Assembly (NCBI GenBank): GCA_913058575.1
Contig: CAJXRF010000001.1
Span: forward strand, 39,056 to 103,055
DNA from: an uncultured Bermanella sp.
GTDB taxonomy: Bacteria > Pseudomonadota > Gammaproteobacteria > Pseudomonadales > Oceanobacteraceae
DNA: 64,000 nt
Reading direction: 5' to 3'
In this document: positions 55,995 to 64,000 of the stretch, one piece after another
Numbering within the stretch: the stretch's first letter is position 1
Layout of the letters: every line of letters starts with the position of its first letter
Notes under the pieces: model-generated
Told to the model about the DNA's origin: nothing
Seen by the model: the letters and a program-made list of their open reading frames with translations, nothing else
Database searches by the model: none
Translations under genes and position numbers: made by a program

Positions 55995-56010
55995 TGGCAT
56001 GAGACATGCT
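55995..56010 (+). promoter_or_regulatory. Sigma-54-like promoter for flgJ
   Basis: TGGCAT-GAGAC-ATGCT. Confidence 0.6.
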
Positions 56011-56037
56011 TTTCTTTAAGTAGAAAAAGGAAAAGCC

Positions 56038-57135
56038 ATGAACAGCATCGACAGCGCTTACAACTACAATGATTTATCGGGTTTAAATGCCATTACCAAG
56101 CAGGGAGAAACTGATAAGTCAGGGGCCCTTAAAGAAGTGGCTCGTCAGTATGAATCTATGTTTGTTGGCATGATGCTAAAAAGCATGCGCGAAGCAAACG
56201 CAGCATTTGAAGAAGACAACCCTTTGTTCAGTAATGAGTCTAAATTCTATCGTGATATGTTTGATGACCAATTAGTGCTTTCATTAAGCAAAGGAAAAGG
56301 AATGGGGTTAGCAGATACTCTGTTTCGCCAATTAAAAGAACAATTTGATAAGAAAGAATCTAGCGATTCTTCAGAAGCAGAAACACAGGAGAAGGTATAT
56401 ACATTAAGTGATATGGCGCGGGAAAATCCCTTTACGCTAGAGCCCAATATTAATAATAAAGTACGCTCTCAAATAGAAAATAATCTCAGTTCTGCTGTCA
56501 TCAATAAAACTATTGATAATGAAAAAGTGATCAATCAATCAATGCCTATTCAGACTGAGGGGCAGGTTATTGAAGTCAAAAAATCCACGATGGATAAAGT
56601 CTCTGTGGAAAAAGAACAAAAGGGAGGAGTGATCAAGAACTCTGGCTTTAATAGCCCTCAAGACTTTGTGAATACACTATGGCCCATTGCGAAAAAAGTG
56701 GGTGACCAGATGGGCGTAGAGCCTAAAGCCATTCTTGCACAAGCAGCGTTAGAAACCGGTTGGGGAAAATATATTATTCACCAATCTAATGGTGAAAACA
56801 GTCATAACCTTTTTGGTATTAAAGCAGATACTCGCTGGAGTGGTGAAATTGCGAAAGTAAGCACACTAGAATATCGAAATGGTTTGGCTAAAAAAGAAGT
56901 GGCTCCTTTTAGGGTTTACGACTCTTACGAATCCAGCTTAAAAGATTACAGTCAATTCGTGAAAGGCAGTGAACGATATAAAAATGCCGTAAGCAATGGC
57001 GATAGTGTTAAAGGTTACAGTGAAGGCTTACAAGCTGGAGGCTATGCCACGGATCCAAATTACGCTAAAAAAATACAACGCATTGCCGATGGTGACATTT
57101 TAAATCATGTTATTAACGACATTAAGCGAGGCTAA
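56038..57135 (+). CDS. flgJ: Rod assembly protein/peptidoglycan hydrolase FlgJ
   Basis: VARQYESMFVGMMLKSMR, AQAALETGWG, NLFGIKAD, GYATDPNYAKK. Confidence 0.97.
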   Translation: MNSIDSAYNYNDLSGLNAITKQGETDKSGALKEVARQYESMFVGMMLKSMREANAAFEEDNPLFSNESKFYRDMFDDQLVLSLSKGKGMGLADTLFRQLKEQFDKKESSDSSEAETQEKVYTLSDMARENPFTLEPNINNKVRSQIENNLSSAVINKTIDNEKVINQSMPIQTEGQVIEVKKSTMDKVSVEKEQKGGVIKNSGFNSPQDFVNTLWPIAKKVGDQMGVEPKAILAQAALETGWGKYIIHQSNGENSHNLFGIKADTRWSGEIAKVSTLEYRNGLAKKEVAPFRVYDSYESSLKDYSQFVKGSERYKNAVSNGDSVKGYSEGLQAGGYATDPNYAKKIQRIADGDILNHVINDIKRG

Positions 57136-57137
57136 CA

Positions 57138-60134
57138 ATGGCTGATTTACTTGGCATTGGTATTTCCGGCTTAAAGGTTCATCAAACTGCCTTGGCTGTA
57201 ACGGGTAATAATATCACCAATGTGAATACCGAAGGTTACTCGCGCCAAGAAATTGATGTGGTTTCAAATACGCCTCAGTTTATTGGTGGAATTTGGGTTG
57301 GCAGTGGGGCCAGTATAGATGATGTGCAGAGAGTGTATGATCAATTCCTTGTAGATCAATTACGAATAGACAGCTCCAATTTTAGTCAGCTAGATTCTCT
57401 GCAGCTTAACGCCGGGCAGATTGACAGTTTAATGGCAGACCCTGGTACTGGGTTACAACCAGGACTAGAACGCTTCTTTGGATCATTACAGGCTGCGATA
57501 GACGATCCTAGTTCCATTCCTGCTCGTCAAGTTGTTATCAGTGAATCCCAAGGCCTCGTCGACCGTTTTCAAACTATTGATAAACGGTTAACTGATCATA
57601 ACATGACGCTCAACGGTCAAATGGAAGCCATTGTGGGAAATATTAATGCATTAGGTGAAGCCATAGCCGAGTTAAATGAACAGATTTTATTTGCCTCTTC
57701 CTCGGCCCAAGGTAGTAAGCCTAATGAGTTGTTGGATAAAAGAGATTTAGCGCTTAAAGAGTTGTCTGAATTAGTGGGTACCACAGTAGTTGAACAAGAC
57801 GGTAATTCAATAAATGTTTCCATAGGTAATGGTCAGTCTCTAGTAGTGGGTACCACTATTCAAAAGATTGAAGTGGCTAACGGTAGTGGTGACCCCCAGC
57901 GAAAAAGCATTGTATTAACACAAAATGGTGTGGAGTTAGATATTACCAGAGAGATTAGTGGCGGCCAGTTAAGTGGGTTATTAGAATTTAGAGAAGAGGT
58001 ACTGGACCCAGCTATAAATCAACTAGGAAGAATTTCCATAGGGCTTCAAGAATTTATAAATGATCAACACCAAAAAGGCATTGATATTGACGGGCAACCG
58101 GGTGAAATTTTTTTTGAAGATTATAACGCAGCAGACATAGCCCAAAGAAGAACGGTAGGTAATATCGATAATGCAAAGCCTGATGACAGGCAGCTAGCGG
58201 TTTATATTACGGATGCAGCATCATTAACTGACAGTGACTATCGGGTGGAATTTACTGGACCTAATGATGTAACGTTTAAAGTCATTCGTATAGATGATGG
58301 CGCCGAGGTTTTAAAAACATCTATTTCAACGGACTTCCCTGATACATTTGAAATAGATGGCTTTTCATTGAGTTTTGAAGCGGGTACTTATAAAGCGGGT
58401 GACGAGTACTACCTTATGCCCACACGCAGTGGGGCGACGGATATTGAGCTAAATTTGGAGCTACCCCAGCAGCTTGCATTAGCAGTGCCTGTCATGACCA
58501 ATGCATCTGTGGGAAACAGGGGCTCGGGTGAGATATCAAGCGGAGAAGTGTTTGATATCAATACCTCTGCATTTGAAGTGCCTGGGGAACTTCAGCCACC
58601 CTTGTTGATAAAGTTTACAAGCGCTACCAGTTATGATGTCTTGGATAATTCAGATCCTGCACACCCCATCCCTCTTTTTCCTTCTTTAATGAATCAACAG
58701 TATATCCCTGGCATCACGAACAACTTATTGCCAACGGATAGCACTGTTTCTGCGGTGACCAGTCTTGGTGGCTTTGTGCCTCAAGCAGCCACTTATCAAG
58801 ATTGGCGTTTGGCTCCTGTTACCGTGGGCAATGGATTATTTCCAGGCAGAGTCACCATCAGTGAGCCTGACCCTGTTACAGGAAATACAATTAATCGCCC
58901 CGAGATCTACATTCCTGCTGATACGCCTGCCATTGAAACGGCCAGGCTTCTGTCTTTGGAAAATGGCATTAATGCCACAGCAAGAACCACTGTAGAGTTG
59001 AAAGATTTTGTAGCAGGAGTTTACCTGACTAATTCCCCCTTTCTTGACGAGTCAGTAACACTAACTTTAAATGGAATTGAGCTAACCGATGTATTACCTC
59101 TAGATCAACTTAAATACGATATACCTTACCCTGATGTGGTGCCTGAACCGTTAACCCCTGATTTTATCGCTGACCGAATTAACGCGAATTTTGATTTTCG
59201 TGATCAGGGTATTATGGCCAGAAGTGATGGTGAAAGTGTGGAAATAATTGCCATTAATGGAGAAGATTTGGCCTTTGAAATAGATGGAGAACTTGGTGAT
59301 GGTTTTAAATACTCAAACGGCGATGATATTTACTTAAAGCCTACGGGAGAGTCCTTTCCAACACCTTTGTCAGAGTTTGATGGCTACGACTTTTCAGTTG
59401 GGGGTCCATTCAATTTTGATTTTGAAATTCCTGGTCAAGGTACTTTTTCAATTCAGTTAACCGGTACCCATGCTACGGGTGCTGATGTTTTGGATGAAAT
59501 TGTAACCAAGATAGAAGAGACGACTTATTCATTTAACGGTGATTTGGATGTAGCAATTGATGCGAAGGGAAATATAACTTTCCAGCCTAGGGTAGATGTT
59601 TTTGGTAATGGGGATTGGGGCAGTTATAAAGTAACGATGGGGGGGGAAGTAAAAGTTATTTTAGATGAAGGTCTTACCCTGTCTTCTGCACCAAATTTAA
59701 GTAATTTGTTTGATGAAGAGCCCAGTCATGAGCCTGTGTATTTAGGCTACGAAATTACCATGACAGGCATTCCTGATGAAGGAGATGAATATCAAGTTAA
59801 TTTTAATAGCAATGCAGTGTCTGACAATCGCAATGGTAACTTATTGTCTAATATACAAAACTTAGAAATCATCGAAGACGATATGACCCTTAGTGAAGGG
59901 TATGGACGCTTGGTGGAGGAAGTGGGTTCCATTACTGCGCGGGCACAAATTAATGCTGAAAGCGCTAAGACGCTATTAGATTTTAGTGAGGCTAGTGTGC
60001 AATCGGTAAGTGGGGTAAACCTAGATGAAGAAGCGGCAAAGCTTATTCAATATGAACTTGGCTATAACGCAGCTGCACAGGTTATTACTGTGGCAAGAGA
60101 TATATTTTCAACCTTAATTGGCATCTTTAGATAA
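57138..60134 (+). CDS. flgK: Hook-associated protein FlgK, unusually long (998 aa)
   Basis: TGNNITNVNTEGYSRQ; SVSGVNLDEEAAKLIQYELGYNAAAQVI. Confidence 0.95.
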   Translation: MADLLGIGISGLKVHQTALAVTGNNITNVNTEGYSRQEIDVVSNTPQFIGGIWVGSGASIDDVQRVYDQFLVDQLRIDSSNFSQLDSLQLNAGQIDSLMADPGTGLQPGLERFFGSLQAAIDDPSSIPARQVVISESQGLVDRFQTIDKRLTDHNMTLNGQMEAIVGNINALGEAIAELNEQILFASSSAQGSKPNELLDKRDLALKELSELVGTTVVEQDGNSINVSIGNGQSLVVGTTIQKIEVANGSGDPQRKSIVLTQNGVELDITREISGGQLSGLLEFREEVLDPAINQLGRISIGLQEFINDQHQKGIDIDGQPGEIFFEDYNAADIAQRRTVGNIDNAKPDDRQLAVYITDAASLTDSDYRVEFTGPNDVTFKVIRIDDGAEVLKTSISTDFPDTFEIDGFSLSFEAGTYKAGDEYYLMPTRSGATDIELNLELPQQLALAVPVMTNASVGNRGSGEISSGEVFDINTSAFEVPGELQPPLLIKFTSATSYDVLDNSDPAHPIPLFPSLMNQQYIPGITNNLLPTDSTVSAVTSLGGFVPQAATYQDWRLAPVTVGNGLFPGRVTISEPDPVTGNTINRPEIYIPADTPAIETARLLSLENGINATARTTVELKDFVAGVYLTNSPFLDESVTLTLNGIELTDVLPLDQLKYDIPYPDVVPEPLTPDFIADRINANFDFRDQGIMARSDGESVEIIAINGEDLAFEIDGELGDGFKYSNGDDIYLKPTGESFPTPLSEFDGYDFSVGGPFNFDFEIPGQGTFSIQLTGTHATGADVLDEIVTKIEETTYSFNGDLDVAIDAKGNITFQPRVDVFGNGDWGSYKVTMGGEVKVILDEGLTLSSAPNLSNLFDEEPSHEPVYLGYEITMTGIPDEGDEYQVNFNSNAVSDNRNGNLLSNIQNLEIIEDDMTLSEGYGRLVEEVGSITARAQINAESAKTLLDFSEASVQSVSGVNLDEEAAKLIQYELGYNAAAQVITVARDIFSTLIGIFR

Positions 60135-60154
60135 CCAGTGAGATAGGAGTGGGT

Positions 60155-61393
60155 ATGCGTATTTCCAGTATGCAACAGTTTCAATCGGGTGTTAATGGCA
60201 TATTAAATAATCAGGAAATAGTGAATAGGTCACAGCAACAAATTTCCAGTGGTAAAAGTATATTAACACCAGCCGATGACCCCATTGCCTCCACGCGCAT
60301 CTTACAGTTGCAACAGGATATCGCTCTACGCGAACAATATGCAGATAATTTAATCGCAGCCAAGAATCACCAAAATCACGAGGAAGTGGCATTGGAAGCG
60401 GTGATTGAAAACTTGCAAAAAATTAGAACGCTGACCATTCAAGCGGGTAATGGTGCTACCACCAAAGATGACAGAGGGTTTATAGCCGCAGAAATCGAGG
60501 AGCGTCTTAAAAGCGTTGTAGATTTATTAAACACTAGAGATGCTAGCAATATCTATATTTTTTCTGGTTTTAAAGGTGAAGAAAAACCTTTTGTTGAAAG
60601 AACTGGTGGCGGTTACAGTTTCGATGGTGATCAAGGGCAGAGGGAATTACAAATTAGTGCTAATGCAACTGTGAAAGTGAATGATTCTGGCGAGGACTTA
60701 TTTGTCAATATCCCTTCTATAAACAATACATTTTTTACATTGGACAATCCTGAAAACAAAGGTACTGGTGTAATTAACGTAGGTTTCATACGCGATCAGG
60801 ATGAATTAGACAGCGTGTATCCAGAGGACTTTTATATTGAATTTAATTCGAATGACGCTCTATCACCTCCTCAAGAAAACTATACCGTAAGAAGGGCATC
60901 TGATCATCGTGCAGTTGATGGTCAGAGTATCGTTCCATTTACACCAGGTACAGATATTACCTTTTCTGGTGTGAGCGTTAAGGTTTCTGGGCAGCCTGAA
61001 TCAGGAGATACATTTTTCATTAATAGCAGTGAAAAGCAATCTATTACAGACACAATTCAAATGCTAACGGAAGGGTTAAGGTCCTTTGATGATACTGTTT
61101 CAGGAGGGGCCCAAATAGATGAACTGGTTTCAACTACACTCACTAATATAGACAGTACCATTACTAAAATATCCACCACTAGAAGCGAAATTGGTGCTCG
61201 ATTAAACTCTATTGAAAGCGTCGATAACTTTCAGCAAGACCTTGAACTAGTTAGCCAAGAGGCCTTGTCGACTTTACAAGATTTAGATTTTGCGGAAGCG
61301 GTGAGTCGCTTATCTCTTGAAAGCTTTTTATTAGAAGCCTCCCAACAAAGTTATTCAAAAATCAGCGGATTGAGTTTGTTTAATCATATTTAA
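60155..61393 (+). CDS. flgL: Hook-associated protein FlgL
   Basis: MRISS, QQISSGKSILTPADDP, YIFSGFKG, RSEIGARLN; track start is 60149. Confidence 0.95.
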   Translation: MRISSMQQFQSGVNGILNNQEIVNRSQQQISSGKSILTPADDPIASTRILQLQQDIALREQYADNLIAAKNHQNHEEVALEAVIENLQKIRTLTIQAGNGATTKDDRGFIAAEIEERLKSVVDLLNTRDASNIYIFSGFKGEEKPFVERTGGGYSFDGDQGQRELQISANATVKVNDSGEDLFVNIPSINNTFFTLDNPENKGTGVINVGFIRDQDELDSVYPEDFYIEFNSNDALSPPQENYTVRRASDHRAVDGQSIVPFTPGTDITFSGVSVKVSGQPESGDTFFINSSEKQSITDTIQMLTEGLRSFDDTVSGGAQIDELVSTTLTNIDSTITKISTTRSEIGARLNSIESVDNFQQDLELVSQEALSTLQDLDFAEAVSRLSLESFLLEASQQSYSKISGLSLFNHI

Positions 61394-61485
61394 TATTATA
61401 AATATCAAGGTGATTTAAGCTAGGTAGCTGGTCTGTTAATTGCTCTGAATATGAAAAGTCGGAAATATTGACGATGAGGATATAA

Positions 61486-63611
<2,126 letters not shown>

Positions 63612-63614
63612 ATA

Positions 63615-64000
63615 ATGGAAAACACTTGTATCGGAATAGTTGATTACGACGCAGGTAATATCCAATCTGTTATAAATGCCTTGGATCATATAGGTGTCAA
63701 TAATCGATTAGTATCCAATCCTGAGCACCTAGTAGAATTTGATGGATTAATTATACCCGGTGTAGGGGCATTTGATGACGCGATGTACTCATTAGCTAAA
63801 AAGGGATTGATTGATGGTTTAAATGCAATTAAGGGTACAAAACCTGTGTTAGGTATTTGTCTGGGAATGCAGGTTTTATGTGAATCTTCAGATGAAGGAA
63901 GTCAAGCGGGATTAGGTTGGATAAATGCTAAGGTAAAAAAAATTGAAGCCAGCAACTCCAAAATAAAAGTTCCGCACATGGGATGGAATCAAGTTAATAA
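63615..64000 (+). CDS. HisH-like glutamine amidotransferase, truncated by the window edge
   Basis: IVDYDAGNIQSV, IPGVGAF, GICLGMQ, VPHMGWN; inside a glycan cluster. Confidence 0.88.
   Translation, partial: MENTCIGIVDYDAGNIQSVINALDHIGVNNRLVSNPEHLVEFDGLIIPGVGAFDDAMYSLAKKGLIDGLNAIKGTKPVLGICLGMQVLCESSDEGSQAGLGWINAKVKKIEASNSKIKVPHMGWNQVN

Noticed and set aside
63615-64000. hisH of histidine biosynthesis
   Set aside because: Context after pseB-pseC indicates the glycan-cluster paralogue; no other his genes adjacent in the window.

Overview
The window has three parts. (1) 1-4087: AT-rich host flank with a secreted zinc-metallopeptidase gene pair and decayed DNA. (2) 4088-38947: an apparently complete ~34.9 kb P2-related temperate prophage with HP1/K139-like gene order. 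It is integrated in the 3' half of a tRNA-Arg(CCT) gene (38901-38976, minus strand), bounded by a perfect 52-bp direct repeat, and has TGTGACACT arm-type repeats at both ends. It carries int, a cI/Apl-type switch, rolling-circle gpA with an ori motif, ogr, head, tail, baseplate and tailspike-like fibre genes, and accessory genes at three sites. (3) 39100-64000: host genes, namely a radical-SAM/glycosyltransferase trio (ArsS/TIGR04283/TIGR04282-like), the ycgR-flgNMA / cheV-cheR / flgB-L flagellar region, and the start of a pseudaminic-acid cluster (pseB, pseC, HisH-like, truncated). Gene content suggests a marine gammaproteobacterium (inference). Most notable: a 1271-bp one-gene unit bracketed by a duplicated integrase 3' end; a membrane-anchored WYL-like protein plus multi-TM protein on the lysogenic transcript; a YkuD/L,D-transpeptidase-fold protein in the endolysin slot with no visible spanins; and a 1220-aa FlgE and 998-aa FlgK sharing a homologous inserted module. 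All family assignments come from motif recognition by eye; no database search was run.
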